A stretch of DNA of 64,000 bases, taken from assembly GCF_009914755.1 (NCBI RefSeq), contig NC_060926.1, one strand, 5' to 3'. The notes below the pieces were generated by a model that saw only the letters and a program-made list of their open reading frames with translations, was not told the origin of the DNA and ran no database searches. Source of the DNA: the human T2T-CHM13v2.0 reference genome, Homo sapiens. The position numbers and the translations under genes were made by a program. Below are positions 1 to 19,051 of the stretch, in pieces. The number at the start of each line of letters is the position of its first letter. The stretch's first letter is position 1.

Positions 1-2620
<2,620 letters not shown>

Positions 2621-3775
2621 TAAATTAATTAATTTAAAAAAAGAAATACATTGGCAGTTTGGCATTTCTTTTTTTTAATATAATTAAGCATGAAGCCAGA
2701 TGTAGTGTGGAGCCAAATTTCACATACATGCTTGCATTGCTTCACATTCTATCTGCAATTGTGCATAGATAGTACTAGCACTAAAGTACTTCCTAGTTAC
2801 ATACCTAAAGTGAGTTTCTAAATTGTACAAAATGTATAGTGGGTGTGGTGGACCTAAGGACATTTAATTGTGTATCAGGAACAAAATATGCATCATATGT
2901 TTTTAGGCTCTGAATAATACTATAGCCTCCAAGGTAAACTGAGTAGAAGAATAATTGGAGGTTGGTTTCCTATTTATTTGTTTTTGCTCCTAATTTTCAT
3001 GTATTTGCTGTTTGTTCTCCTTTGGATTTTCCTTATATATACATATATGAATTTATGTTTTTTAGTTTCTAATGGAAGGCTTTTATTTGGTTCTATGAAT
3101 AGTCATTTTGTTTCCTATGTGTTTCCAACAATTCATTATTTTCTCTATTTCTCTAAACTTCCTAATCTACCTTTGTCAGGTCTCCAAAAATTAATAGAGG
3201 ACACCGACCACTTAAAATTTGATGGTTTTTCTTACTTCTAACGATCTAGAGAGCTGTAAGAGCTTTACGGTTCCTAGAAAAAAATAAATAAATAAAAGAC
3301 ATAAGTTCTGAAAAGTAATAGCACTTTTTTATTTTGTTATTTGAAAAGTAGGTGAGAATAGAAATGTTTAAATGATGTTTTTTTCCAAGGTAATTCAATT
3401 CAATCAATAATTTGAGTTAGTTTCAGATCTTTTCCTTTAATGAGGAAAAACTGTGATATAGGTACAAAGTTTTAATGTTCAGAAAATATTGGCCTATCCT
3501 TAAGGAAATTATACTAATTGGGATTTCTCTCAAATTACTTTAGTTATCTTTACCATTATTAAAATTAAGTGACATTCACTTAGATTAAGTAGTAATAAAA
3601 AAAAAAAAGATGTGAGACTAGTGAGTTTTGATCCCAAGCCTTCTATCACTGTTGAGTCTTTCATGTGTGTACTTGAAAACAAAATATCCACAAGTGTTTC
3701 ACTGGTTTGAAGAGTCTAGTGGTGAAAGTTACCTAATCAGTTGTCAGTATTGTAACTGATTAGAAAGTTACCTAA

Positions 3776-4141
<366 letters not shown>

Positions 4142-5185
4142 TGATGCTCTTTTAAAATAGCTAAAAAGAAATTACTGTGTGTGTGCTTAATCTCATTTTG
4201 TCCCTGTTTTGTTGCATAGTATCTAAATGAAAGGAGATTATTTATCCTCATGCTAAATTTCCAAAACTGATATTTACATTTACCATTTTTTAATGATGGA
4301 GAGAAAAGTTAATTGTCTTTATTTTGATAAGTTTAAAATAGGACCTATCCCATTTTTTACACTTTTAGTCACAGTTCTGTCACCAGAATGCTAGCAATTA
4401 GATATATGCGAGGAGTAACCTAAATACTTTAATACAATGGTTTGAAGTGCTATAGGAAGTAATAACTACTGGACACTAAATCACAGTGTTTGTGACATGT
4501 CACAGAAAATGATAGGACTTTCTGCAGCATAAATGTCCTCTTAACCAATCCTTGTGCTGTTAAGTTACAGGGCTTTAACTTCTGGGTCTGAAAAAGGCAC
4601 CTACTTCTGCTAAATCTTGAACATTACCCTAGTTTAAGCCTCATCTTCAGACCTGGGAGAAAATGACAGTCAAAATGAACTGCTTTCATGAGACACTGGG
4701 CCAGAAATTAAAACTATTCAATCTGTCTAGGCCAAGGGACTGTCATGGCAGATGTGGACATGTGAGATTTGAGGGTTTTCTATAAATTAAATATTAATAT
4801 CAAAAGCACACTGATTCAAGGCCAGAGTCTAGGCCCATGTGTCAGAATAACAGCATTTTCCTGGAGCATTAATCGGCTCTTTAATAGAAGATTGTAAAAG
4901 GTTTATGGAGATCTTACTCTACAAACAAACTGATAAAATTAAAATTGTTTATAAGGTTTTAAAAATTACTTTTAATATTAGTAATACACTATACAAAGGT
5001 GAAATTTGGTTTTCTCTTTTGAACAAAATTTTCATATGAGAGCTAATGAAATATTTTTATTTACCTTTTGAATAACTACAGGGTGCAAAAAAAGGAGGAA
5101 AAAGACATTTAGGTGGCCTCATGCTGTCTTTATTAGGTTTCATTGTTTGGGAAACTGAGTCTACTCCCTAGAAAAGGGTAAATGT

Positions 5186-5591
<406 letters not shown>

Positions 5592-5974
5592 CTAAATTCG
5601 GCCTTTTTGACCTCAAACTAACTTATTTGCACATTAGGTTCCCTGAAGTTCAAGAGAGACATACTAGACTTATTGACTTATTTGTTACATTAGAATTATG
5701 CAGAAAGCGTTGTCACATCTGAGGTGGTGGTCAACTTCTTTTGGGTTATATTTATATAGATGTGTTGTTAATATGTGTTCCAGGATTGTATGATTCTTGC
5801 ATGTTTTAATATATGCCATCAGTAATAATTATGCTTATTATGTTGAATTGTTATATGTCACAGAAATAACCAAATTTCCTCATCAACTGTGTCTTTAACT
5901 ATGGCTTGCTTAAGAGTTTTGACATCCACTATTGTTATTTTGCATTGATTCTTCTCAAAAAGTAACATATAATC

Positions 5975-6282
<308 letters not shown>

Positions 6283-6686
6283 CTACAGTCCATGGTTTGC
6301 TTCTTTGGGGGAGTTCATGAAAAGGACTTTTGAATGTAGGTTTCTGATGACTTTGGAGGTTGTTTCATTAGATTAGAGAGAGAAAACGTCCAAGAAACTA
6401 ACTGAAAAACTGATACATTCATAAAATTTACTAACCTAATATGAAGCAGAGCAGGAGTTAGTTGCCTACACTGAACAAATGGAGGCCAGAAATAATTTCT
6501 TATGGATTTTTTTTGTTTGAAACATTGCTGCCTTTAACAATTGAGAGGAGCATTACTCTTGTAAACTAAGTTTGAGGCATATTTCTCTCTCTCTCTGCCT
6601 AATTTCTCCAGAATTCATAAACTATTTGTGAATATTATTAATTCATGGCAATGTGTTTGCGTATGTTTAATAAGAATCTGTTTTCT

Positions 6687-7010
<324 letters not shown>

Positions 7011-7414
7011 TTATAATGAGACACAGTTGGAGGAACTGGTCATTTTCCCAGGGCTTTGACTGAAATGGCCTTGTGAGAGGTTCCAGCAAAGCCAGTTTAA
7101 GATAGCCTACATGGACAATGGTTCTTGCTGCACTTTGTGTGGGCAAATAAGCCAAGTATATGGGACTGAAGCTTATTTGGCAGGTAGGTTGGTCCTGCTG
7201 TGATTTGTCTTTAGTGGAAGTGGGAGACTGGAGAGAAAAAGAGTGTGTTTCAGAAGAAACCTATAGTATTCAGTTAACTTTTGATTTTTGGGTGGCTATG
7301 TGGGTCACCCATGGTATGGATTTGCCCACGACACTCCTCATCAGCATGAAACAGCCAGAAAGATTGACAACCAGTTCCCCATGATTGAGGAATTGATAAA
7401 CAGAAAAGGGGCAC

Positions 7415-7902
7415 TGAAATGAACCCAATTGTCCCATAAATCTGATTTTTACAGTTTATTTTGAATAAACATAGAAATTGACCCTCTCAGTCTTAAAACT
7501 TGAGAGAGTTACATTTGTCTTATCTGAGTTCTTTCTCAGGAAACCAACCGTCAGACCCCCACATAACATCAAGGGACTGAAACTCACCAGATTACTGTAT
7601 TTGGACAATGAGATGCCAAACTCCTCACCCCTTATGACTGCCTAACCAATAATCTCCTTCCTGTTAACCAATTCCTCCTTACCACTCCCTAATTCCTGCT
7701 TCCCTGAATATAGATACATTTCTGCTATATAAACCCCTAACTTTAGTGAGTCAGGGAGACAGATTTCAGACTGATCTCTCATCCCCTTGGCTGCAGCACC
7801 CGACTAAAGCCTTCTTGCTTGGCAATACTCATTGTCTCAGTGATTGGCTTTCTGCGTGGCAAGCAGCAGGACCTAAACTGAACCCCTGGTATTTCAATAA
7901 CA
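7415..7902 (+). mobile_element. ERV1 LTR (MER39-like), 3' LTR of the upstream internal segment
   Basis: TG...CA ends, polypurine tract just upstream, TATA-like tatataaa near 7726; resembles MER39-family consensus. Confidence 0.7.
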
Positions 7903-8036
7903 AAATCATGGGTGACTTCCCTGTCTAAACAAAGTCACATTTTGATTCTTTTCATTGCAATGAGATGAGCATTTTAGGCAGGGTCAGCCTTTTGCACAAC
8001 TGCAAGGAGCACCTTTTGCTGTAAGAATGCCATGTA

Positions 8037-8329
8037 AGCTAGGCACAGTGATTCATGCCTGCAATCCTAGCACTTTGGGAGGCTGAGGCAAGAGGATCAC
8101 TTGAACCCATGAGTTTGAGACCAGCCTGGGCAACATGGCAAAACCCCACCTCCACAAAAAATACCAAAAATTAGTCAGGCATGGTGGGACACACCTGTAG
8201 TCCCAGCTACTCCAGGGGCTGAGGTGGTAGGATTACTTAAGTCCAGGAAGTTGAGGCTGCAGTGAGCTGTGATCGCACCACTGCACTCCAGCCGAGGTGA
8301 CAGAGTGAGACCCTGTCTCAAAACAAAAA
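8037..8329 (+). mobile_element. Alu (J-type)
   Basis: Diverged Alu consensus. Confidence 0.9.
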
Positions 8330-8711
8330 TGCCATGCAGCTGGACTGGTACAGGACACTAATTGAGAGGGGATAGAAAAGAAGTTGCCATGCCCTCTATT
8401 TTCTTAGCCAATGCTCTTCCCTAGCAAGATCTAGATCAATCCACACTGTTTCTGTTTCTTTGCTGGAGGTGAGACCCTTCAGTAGTCAAACAGCTCTCAT
8501 CTCTGGGGTCTGCATAACTTGTTTGATGACTAAGGGAGACCCATAGGGCCATTTCTTACAGCCCACAGCCAAGCCCTCTGTGAAGAGGAAAAGGCAACTC
8601 TTCCAGCAAGGAAGTCCTCACCCCTTTTCAAAAACTTTCCTAGACAAACTTGTAGGCTGTTAATGACTCTAGTTATGACCTCCCAGCCCTTACTCAGGAG
8701 AAACCACTTTG

Positions 8712-9256
8712 TAATGTGGGTTTTCAACCTTGGCTGCACGTTGCAATCACCTGGGGATCCCCCGCAACCGCCTGACAAAGATTCTGATGTTATTGGTCTG
8801 AGGTGCTGCCTGAGAATTGGTGTTTCCAAAGCTCCTCTGGTGTTTTGTGTTTTTCTAGCACAAGAAAAGTTGTGAGTCACTGTAGTGCAATACAGTTCGA
8901 TCACAATTGCCACAATTGTGTAGGGTCCATCAGAACCACCTGAAGGGCTTCATAGACCACAGCTGGCTAGGAGCTACCCCTAGGCTTCTGATTCAGCAAG
9001 TGAGAGGCAGAGCCCAAGGCTGTATATTTCTAACAAGTTCCAGGTGCTGCTGCTGCTGGTCCAGAGACCACTGCATTAGAGGCCAGAGTTCTCAACTATT
9101 GACTGCACATTAGAACCATCTGGACAATATTTAAGACATACTGATGCCTATACACCAACCCAGACTAACTGAATCAAAATCTCTGGTAATGGGGCTCCAG
9201 AGATGTTTTTTAATGCTCCCAGGGGATTCTACTGTAGAGCAAGTTGAGAACCACTT
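8712..9256. mobile_element. Cluster of about three MER5-type (hAT-Charlie) DNA transposon relics
   Basis: Repeated MER5 hallmarks: gttttcaaccttggctgcac, ttctgattcag, ttctaacaagttccagg, ttgagaaccac. Confidence 0.65.
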
Positions 9257-10327
9257 GTAAGCAAAAGAAAAAAATTCTTACTAAAAAGGTTAAAGAGACA
9301 TACACCAAGTTTGCAGGCTTTCTAGACAATGGAACTTCAAACATAGGATTTGCCTGTGGTATTTATTCTTTCTTGGGGCCCACTTGCAGTGTACTTTATA
9401 GGATGATGTATCAGAAACCTTGACCCAGCAGCCTAAAAATAGTGGTCAGCATCGATGAGTCTCATCTGTTACAACAAAAAGGAAAAACAGTTACAAGGCC
9501 CCACTCCAGGGGAAGCTCAGGCACCCCCCTTGGAGATGTGCCCAAGAAATGGCTCCTAATAGGCCACTCAAATTCTGCCATTGAAAGGGAACACATGGGC
9601 AAGATATATCTTGCAGCCTAGAATTGTTTTTATTTATGTGACTTTAGTCTCTTCTTTGTATAGTGACTTTGTAGAGGAAGAGAAATTACAACACCTTACA
9701 TGCCTAAGTCATGGGGACTCTTCCTCCAGGTTCCCAGAGCAAAAAGCAAAAAGCCCTGTACTCCCTGGTGCCCACCTGGTCATCTTGCCCACGGTTTTTC
9801 CATCCCAGAGGTACTGCTGCAGGCCCAGAGCCCTCCAGGAAAAGAACTGACATCTAGGAACTCCTCCCCCAAGCCCTTTCTTCAACTCATTCTTGCTATG
9901 ACAAGAGTGTGGGTTGCAGTGATATCTCAGAAGTTTATTCCATCATATTAAATTCTCAGTAAATCACCCTTTGGCAAGTCAGTTTAAAGGATACGATGTA
10001 GACAGCTAGAAAAGACACTATTTCTGGGCCAGGTTTTCCCAGCTGTTTAATAAATTGCTCAAAAAATCTCTAATTCATCCTATTTTTGTCACTAGTCATC
10101 ATGTCAGAATCTCTGGTTTCATAAAGAAAACTTTTCTGGCCTGACACACAGCCACTATCTACTGAACTTTGCCGCAGACCAAAATGTCTTCTGAGATCTC
10201 CACTCAGCAATCTTTAATATTTTGAGGACAGAAATTTACAAGTGTGCCCTTGATACATAAAAAGGTCACATATTCTAGGGTCCAAGGGTCTCACTGATCC
10301 CGGTGATGTCTACATCTCCCCTTCTAG

Positions 10328-10444
<117 letters not shown>

Positions 10445-10659
10445 TGAGTAAGACATGTCCCCTTCCCTGAGCCCTTCCTTCTTGTGGTACAGCTCCTCCT
10501 GCCACTCATGAGTACTCTGCAGAGTTTCTGTACCTGGTTATGTGTTTCTTGATGCATAAGGAGCAGGCTCCTTAGCATCAAGATCCACAAGTATTATCCA
10601 GAGCTGTTGAACAGTGCTGGTAGCAGCAGATTAATGGGAAGCAAAAACTCTTCAAGTGG

Positions 10660-11340
10660 TTATTGAGTGCAATAGTAAGAGGTGTCAACTTCTACCTCCC
10701 CTACTTGGCTCCCAGACCCATGCTCTCTAATGGGGTGATGCCATCATACACTGCCTGCTGGTTTAAAGAGTACACCACCTGCTGTGGGACCATCACACAG
10801 CTGGTAAAGCCAGTGCTGCAGCAGTCTATCAAGCCAACTGACCCTGGGTCACAGGTCACATGTTGAGACCTGTGAATTCTGCAAGTGTGAGTCCCCTGCT
10901 CACTTCCTTTGCTAAAAAATGTGCCTTTGGACAGAGGTGATGGTGTGCAGGATACCACGGAGATTGATAAGGTGCTCTGTGAGTGGTGTGTGGACAGAAT
11001 TGTTAAGGCTGAGAGGATGATCTCTACCGGGAATGTGTCTGACTCTATGAGGGCAGAGCATTGCCCTTCCATAATGGAGGAGGCTAATGTGACCCACCTG
11101 CTCCCAGGGTGTCATCTCAGGGGATCAGCATAAACCTCTGCTTTTGACCAGTTGGCCAATCTGCAGAGGCAGAAGAAAAACCAGCTTTTTGGTTGAGCCC
11201 TTGTATAGCCCCTATCTCTGCACCAGAGATGCAAAGTGCTCTCAAAGGAGCACTTTGTAACAGGCTCCTTGAGCAAGCACTACATGGCCAAGGGGATGCT
11301 GGCATCACTAGGATGGGTCATTGTGCTTGCCTGATTATCA
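10660..11340 (-). mobile_element. Probable old ERVL internal fragment in SP100 intron
   Basis: Resembles antisense ERVL pol/integrase region by eye only. Confidence 0.35.
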
Positions 11341-11936
11341 AAAGCCTCCTAGCACAGACAGCCTAGTAGAGAAGGTTGGAGAATGAATCTAGGAACAAAT
11401 GAAAGATATCTGACACCTCTCTGGAGATTTCCTTTTCAAGAAGTTTCTGCAGCACAGATTCTAGGTATAAGATATGGCAGGGCCAAGGGAGAGGATGCCT
11501 ATAGCCTGTGCTCTCTGCTTACTCAGCAAAGTTGAGAAACAAGAACTTGTTTTCTGATTTTTCTGTGATCTGATTGACTCATAGAGGCCCAACACTTTGT
11601 GCTTAAGGTACTCATTTCCATTAACTGTAGCAAACCGTGCTCATTATCAAGTTCCCAGTGGCTCAGATGGAAACCCTAAGTTTTGAGGTGAATGAGATTC
11701 TGTCACTCATGGGGCACTTCAGCCAACAGATGATCACCCCTGCTATCACTATTGGTGGGAGGGCATGCCTTTGGCTATTGAGTCCAAATGGGGCTCTAGT
11801 GCAGAGGCCTCCAAGAGAGAAGTTGGATACAAGGTGGAAACCACTAGGCATTCTTGAGCAGAGGACTTGAACAACTGTAGGAATGGCGGCTGATTCACAG
11901 AACCTGCCATTGCTCACTTTATGCCCCATCTCTCAG

Positions 11937-12057
11937 GAACCCGTGGAGTTGCATCTTCTGCAGGATAAAGACTATTCAGGAAAGATGCCCAGAAAGCCAA
12001 TCAGGTCATCAGGAATCTGAAGTCCTGATGAGGCAGATGCTGCCTGAGGAGCAGTTG
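11937..12057 (+). CDS. SP100: SP100C exon, end of PHD and linker (KNPWSCIFCRIKTIQERCPESQSGHQESEVLMRQMLPEEQL)
   Basis: tctcag acceptor, gtgagt donor at 12058, 121 nt. Phase completes the split Lys codon; WxCxxC PHD end. Confidence 0.96.
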
Positions 12058-12361
12058 GTGAGTAAAAATGTGAACCTGAAGCCTCTTCCTTTCTGTTCAC
12101 CTGGGCAGGAGAAGCACAGTCTTACAAAGTGCTCAAGGAATGGAGCCCAAAAGCAAACTGCTGGCCTATGGTGTGCTTTGCTCCATGACCTAACGCTACA
12201 ATTCATATTCCAAAGAAAAATCCCGGTCCAAAGAAACTCCCCATGCCATGTTTGTTTCAAAGAGTCCACAGGTTTGGGAGTCGTGTGTTCTCTTTGGGCA
12301 AGCATATGAGCTCTTTCTCTCTAAATTGCATTTAATTTGAAATGGCCTCCATCTTTTGCAG

Positions 12362-12433
12362 AAATGTGAATTCCTCCTCTTGAAGGTCTACTGTGATTCG
12401 AAAAGCTGCTTTTTCGCCTCAGAACCGTATTAT
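12362..12433 (+). CDS. SP100: SP100C exon, bromodomain start (KCEFLLLKVYCDSKSCFFASEPYY)
   Basis: ttttgcag acceptor, gtaagt donor, 72 nt, phase 0. Confidence 0.96.
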
Positions 12434-12529
12434 GTAAGTAACAGCCAAACAAAAATGCTTATACTGGCATTTGTCAAATCTGTGATCTGAATCCCATGGC
12501 ACAAGGTGCCATTCTATTTGGCTTGTTGA

Positions 12530-13177
<648 letters not shown>

Positions 13178-13896
13178 TAAATGTTACAATCGCCCTTATC
13201 ATATGACAAGCCCATACAAGTACAAATCCTGGAAGTATCCTAAAAGCCCTGTAGTGCATGTGGAGAAAATAACAACAAACTGGAAGGTGCCATTGCAAAC
13301 ATGGTCCTATATATAACCTCAGAGTTGACTCATTTCTAGATGGTTTGTTTTCACCCATAGAGAACAGTAGGCTGCAGACTCATTTGTTTCTACTGGAAAT
13401 AGAAGTGCACTTTAAAGGCATTTAAAGTGTTTCTCTTCTCTAGAGGAAGATACCAAATCAAAGGTCTCAAATGTCAAAATATTGAATTTCTTTACATCTG
13501 AACTTCCTGGCACTATTTCAGAAATTAATAAGGATTATGTCAAGGGGTGAGAGTAAAGGGAAAAGGAAGACATTATTAAATGGCCTTAAACATTTCTGTA
13601 CTATCATAAGGTTACTCAGAAAATGCTGTGCATAAAAATCACACAAGTAGAATTTTTAAAAGTTAAATTAATCCATAAGCTTTTGATCAGAAATTAGATT
13701 TCAGTGTAGTAGTATTTTGACTTGTCTTCCAGATAAAGATAAATAATTAAATTATCAAGGAACATAAGCAACTCAAGTAGATTAATTCTCACTTAACATT
13801 TGGGATAACCTAAAATGAGGCCCCAGATTATCTGCAACACTGGGTGTCTCAGCTCATTGCATAACTGCTATATTGTTTTTTTCTTTGCTTTTTTAG

Positions 13897-14007
13897 GAAG
13901 ATAAATTCACCAGACTGGGAATTCAAGTACAGGACATCTTTGAGAAGAATTTCAGAAACATTTTTGCAATTCAGGAAACAAGCAAGAACATTATAATGTT
14001 TATTTAG
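13897..14007 (+). CDS. SP100: SP100C last coding exon (EDKFTRLGIQVQDIFEKNFRNIFAIQETSKNIIMFI*)
   Basis: Long polypyrimidine tract plus ag at 13895-96; TAG stop at 14005-14007. Confidence 0.95.
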   Translation, partial: EDKFTRLGIQVQDIFEKNFRNIFAIQETSKNIIMFI

Positions 14008-14157
14008 CCATTCTTATCTCCTCCCTTCAGATCCTCTGGCAGCTAGCTACGCAATGTGCCTGTGGTCCCACTAATCTGTGACTGCTCCTGTGGAAACTCC
14101 ACATCACAATTCTCCAAAATTTATCATTGCCATTTTAAAACCGTCTTTTCAGCTTTC

Positions 14158-14163
14158 AATAAA
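14158..14163 (+). promoter_or_regulatory. Candidate proximal poly(A) signal AATAAA for SP100C (L1-derived)
   Basis: AATAAA about 150 nt after the stop codon, at the 5' edge of the L1. Confidence 0.45.
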
Positions 14164-15553
14164 ATTCAACACCCCTTCATGTTAAAAATTCTCAATAAGC
14201 TAGGTATTGAGGAACATATCCCAAAATAATAAGAGCCATTTATGACAAACCCACAGACAACATTATATGGAATGCGCAAAAGAAGCATTCCCCTTGAAAA
14301 CAAGCACAAGACAAGGATTCCCTCTCTCACCACTCCTATTCAACAAAGTATTGGAAGTCCTGGTCAGAGCAGTCAGGAAGCAGAAAAAAATAAAGGGTAT
14401 CTAAATAGGCAAAGAGGAAGTCAAACTATCCCTGTTTGCACACAACATTGATTCTATATCTAGAAAACCCCCTAGTCTCAGCCCAGAAGCTCCTTCTGCT
14501 GATAAACAATTTCAGAGATGTTTCAGAATACAAAATTAGTATATGAAAATTACTAGTATTCCTATACACCAGCAATAGCCAAGCCAAGAGCCAAATCAGG
14601 AAGGCAATCTCATTCACAATTGCCACTAAAAGAATAAAATACCTAGGAATACAGCTAATCAGGGAGGTGAGAGAGTTCTACAATGAGAATTACGAAACAC
14701 TGCTCAAAGAGATTGGAGATGACACAAACAAATGGAAAAACATCCCATGCTCCTGTGTAGAAACAGTCAATATCATTAAAATGACCATACTGCCCAAAGC
14801 AGTTTACAGGTTCAATGTTATTCCTATCAAACCACCAATGACATTCTTCACAGAACTAGATAAAACTATTTTAAAATTCATACAGAACCAAAAAAGAGCC
14901 CAAATAGCCAAGGCAATCCTAAGCAAAAAGAACAAAGCTGAAGGCATCACGTTACCCCACTTCAAACTATATTACAGGGCTTCAGTAACCAAAACAGCAT
15001 GGTACTGGTACCAAAAAAAAAGCCACATAGACCAATGGAACAGAACGAAGAGCACAGAATAAGACCACACTCCTATGACCATCTGATCGTCGATAAAAAC
15101 AAGCAATGGGAAAAAGACTCCCTATTTTATAAATGGTGCTGGGATAACTGGGATAGAAGATTGAAGCTAGACCTCTTCCTTACACCATATACAAAAATCA
15201 ACTCAAGATCAATTAAAGACTTAATGTAAAATCAAAAACTATGAAGACTCTGGAAGACAACCTAGGCAATACCATCCTGGACATAGGAACAGGCAAAGAT
15301 TTCATGATAAAGACAAAAGCAATAGCAACAAAAGCAAAATTTGACAAATGGGATCTAATTAAACTTAAGAGATTCTGCACAGCAAAAGAAACAATCAACA
15401 GAGTAAACAGACAACCTACAAAATGGGAGAAAATATTTGCACACTATGCATCTGACAAAGGTCTAATAGCCAGCTTCTATAGGGAACTTAAACAAATTTA
15501 CAAGACAAAAAGAAATAACCCCATTAAAAAGTGGGCAAAGGACATGAAAGACA

Positions 15554-15839
<286 letters not shown>

Positions 15840-16630
15840 ATGAAAAGACACTTTCCAAAAGAAGATACACATGCGGCCAACAAGCATGTTTTAAAAGCTC
15901 AATATCACTGATCGTTAGAGACATGCAAATTAAAACTACAATGAGACACCATCTCACACCAGTCAAAATGCCTCTTTCTAAAAAGTCAAAAAATAACAGC
16001 TAGTAAGGTTGTGGAGAAAAGGGAACATTTATACACTATTGATGGGAGTGTAAATTAGTTCAACCACTGTGGAAAGCAGTGTGGCAACTCCTCATAGTGC
16101 TAAAAGCAGAACTGCCATTCCACCCAGCAATCCCATTACTGGGTACATACCCAGAGGAATATAAATCATTCTACCATAAAGACACATGCATGCAAATGTC
16201 CACTGCAGCACTATTCACAATAGCAAAGATACAGAATCAACCTAAGTGCCCATCAGTAACAGATTGGATAAAGAAAATATGGTACACATACACCATGGAA
16301 TAGTATGCAGCCATAAGAAACAATGAGATCATGTCTCAGGAACATGGATAGAGCTGGAGGCTATTATCCTTAGCAAACTAATTCAGGAACAGAAAACCAA
16401 ATACCACAGGTTCTCAGTTGTGAGTGGGAGCTAAATGATGAGAACTCATGAACACAATGAAGGGAACAGACACTAGGGTCTACTTGAGGGTGGAGGATGG
16501 GAAGAGGGAGAGGAGCAGAAAAAGTACCTATTGGTGATGAAGTACTCTGTACAACAAACCCGTGACAAGAGTTTCCCTATATAACAAACCTTCACATATA
16601 CCCCTGAACCTAAAAGTTTTTTTAATTGTA

Positions 16631-16666
16631 AATAAATGGATCATTAAAAAAAATTTTAATAATAAA
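16631..16666 (+). promoter_or_regulatory. Candidate distal poly(A) signals (AATAAA at 16631 and 16661)
   Basis: Two AATAAA hexamers at the L1 3' end, followed by T/GT-rich sequence. Confidence 0.5.
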
Positions 16667-17023
16667 ATTGTCTTATCAAGTTCTCTTATTGAATAATTTG
16701 GAACGAAACTTACAACTGATAACATAAAGTCTTTCTATAAAGGATCATATTATATCTTCCCAATTATTCAGTTTTGTATTTTTTGTTGTTGCCGTGAAAG
16801 CAATCTTTTCCCATTGAATTTTATTACTGATTATTGCCTATTACACAAAGCTACTGTTATTTATACGTAATTTTGTCACTGATTACCATACTGAATACTA
16901 GATGGTATCATTTTCACCTTTTACCCAGTGGCATCAGGAAGCCTGTGGTGGCTACATAGCACCTCCAACTTTCAATTCATGGAATCGTATTCGGTTTAGG
17001 GGATGGAAGCATTCCTCCATTGA

Positions 17024-17340
<317 letters not shown>

Positions 17341-17400
17341 AGACAATTCTTGGTTCTGTTGGAAAATGATTCTGCCAGGGCACCCTGGTGTATTTGCATG

Positions 17401-17516
17401 TGTAAAAGAGGAAAAAATAATTTTCCCACTACCCTTCTAAGTTTCCCCTACCCAGATCCTCTGGGGCCCCTGTAACAAAAGACAGATTAACAAGAGAAAA
17501 ACAGAAGTTTATTAGC

Positions 17517-17553
<37 letters not shown>

Positions 17554-17672
17554 TATATGTATACACACATGTATATACATACATATATGTATACACATAT
17601 GTATATGCATATATGTGTGTGTGTATATATGAGAGATACTCAGAGAGATGAATAACTCTCAAAGAGGTGGCT
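17401..17672 (-). mobile_element. ERV1 LTR fragment (MER31/MER67-like) containing a (TA)n(CA)n microsatellite
   Basis: cccctgtaacaaaagacagattaacaagagaaaa is the reverse of the LTR end seen at ~30700-30790; dinucleotide repeat at 17517-17630. Confidence 0.55.
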
Positions 17673-17899
17673 GAGAGATATATAAAGAGATATATAAAGA
17701 GATATATAAAGAGATGTAAATCACCTCCATGATCATCACAATAGATTCTTACAGAGGCCAGGTGAGAAATAGAGAACTAGCCTAAGTCAGCCTCATGGTG
17801 TGTCCTTTGGCTTCATAAACAGACCTTGCAATTTTTTCTCCAGTCCCTGTGTATATAATTTTAATGACTGCACTTAGGAACTAGCAGAACCCTCATTGG

Positions 17900-18430
17900 T
17901 TCACTAGCTTGTGACATAATATCCATTGTAGTAGGAAAAGCAAAGTGGAGACCCTTGAAATTGCCATCCCCCAAGCAAAAATATGGAATTGCAGGGATTA
18001 GCACTCTCAAAGACCTAAAAAATATCAACTGGCCTCTGTAATATCTCCATTCAATTCACCTGTATGTCCTCTGTTAAAAACAAAATAAAACAAACCGATG
18101 GGTCACATAGATGACAGGGAACATTTAACCCTATAATAGCCCAATTGCAACTGGTGTGCCAAATATGATAGTATTACTAGAACACAACAACATACCTTTT
18201 GGCACTTCGTATCCAGCTACTGATATGGCAAAAAACATTTCTTTCAATCCCTATTAGTAAAGAGTTTACTTTTACATTGAAAAGACAGGAATACATATTC
18301 ATATCCCCAGGGCTATGTTAACTGTTGTTTTCTGCTACAAAGTTTTCCTGAAGGACCTTGTTCTCAGAGACATTCCATAGAACCCATAGAACATCATACT
18401 TTCCACTATATGGGCCTGGTGTGCAGGTAA
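17900..18430 (+). mobile_element. ERVL-class pol (reverse transcriptase) remnant
   Basis: Frameshifted translation gives VGKAKWRPLKLP, SPFNSPVCP, PIATGVP, FSIPIS and PQGYVN, typical of ERVL RT. Confidence 0.7.
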
Positions 18431-19051
18431 GGACAAGTGACTTCACCTTGTCTCATGGGGATCTATGGCAACAGCTAATATGCCATGATGTTCCTAGAAG
18501 TGAGATAGGTAGGCAGCCATAAAGAATGTTTCTTCACCAATATAACTAGAAAAAAATCAAGAGCTGGACAACTTGGTAAATGAATGAGTTGGCCAAGTAT
18601 ACATCTTCAACAGGTTACAGGAGGCTCTATAAATATTCCTGAAGGGAGATCACACACATGCACGCAGGTTAAATAAATACATATGTTACATATGACCCAT
18701 GTTCACTTTGGGGTGGAGATAACATTAAAATGCAGTAAAATTAGGCTCCATATGTCAAAAGGTGAAACAGAACATAAAGGTGCTATGTGCACAGCCTCCA
18801 TAACCTTGCCAGAACCAGTCTGTGGACAGTGGTCATTTATCAGGAAGGAATGATTTGTAAGTTGGTCAACTGTTATGTTGAAATCTTGAAAAGGGAGGGG
18901 AGTCTGCCAACAGTGTCAGGCCATTGGTTGAAACCAGCAGAGAAGTCTTCCATTCTTCGTTTTCCAGGGCTAGTTTCTGTTTATCTCTTAGAGAATAAAA
19001 GTGGCGAACAGCAGGGACGACAACAGTTCTCCTGTCCTACCTCTTCAGGTT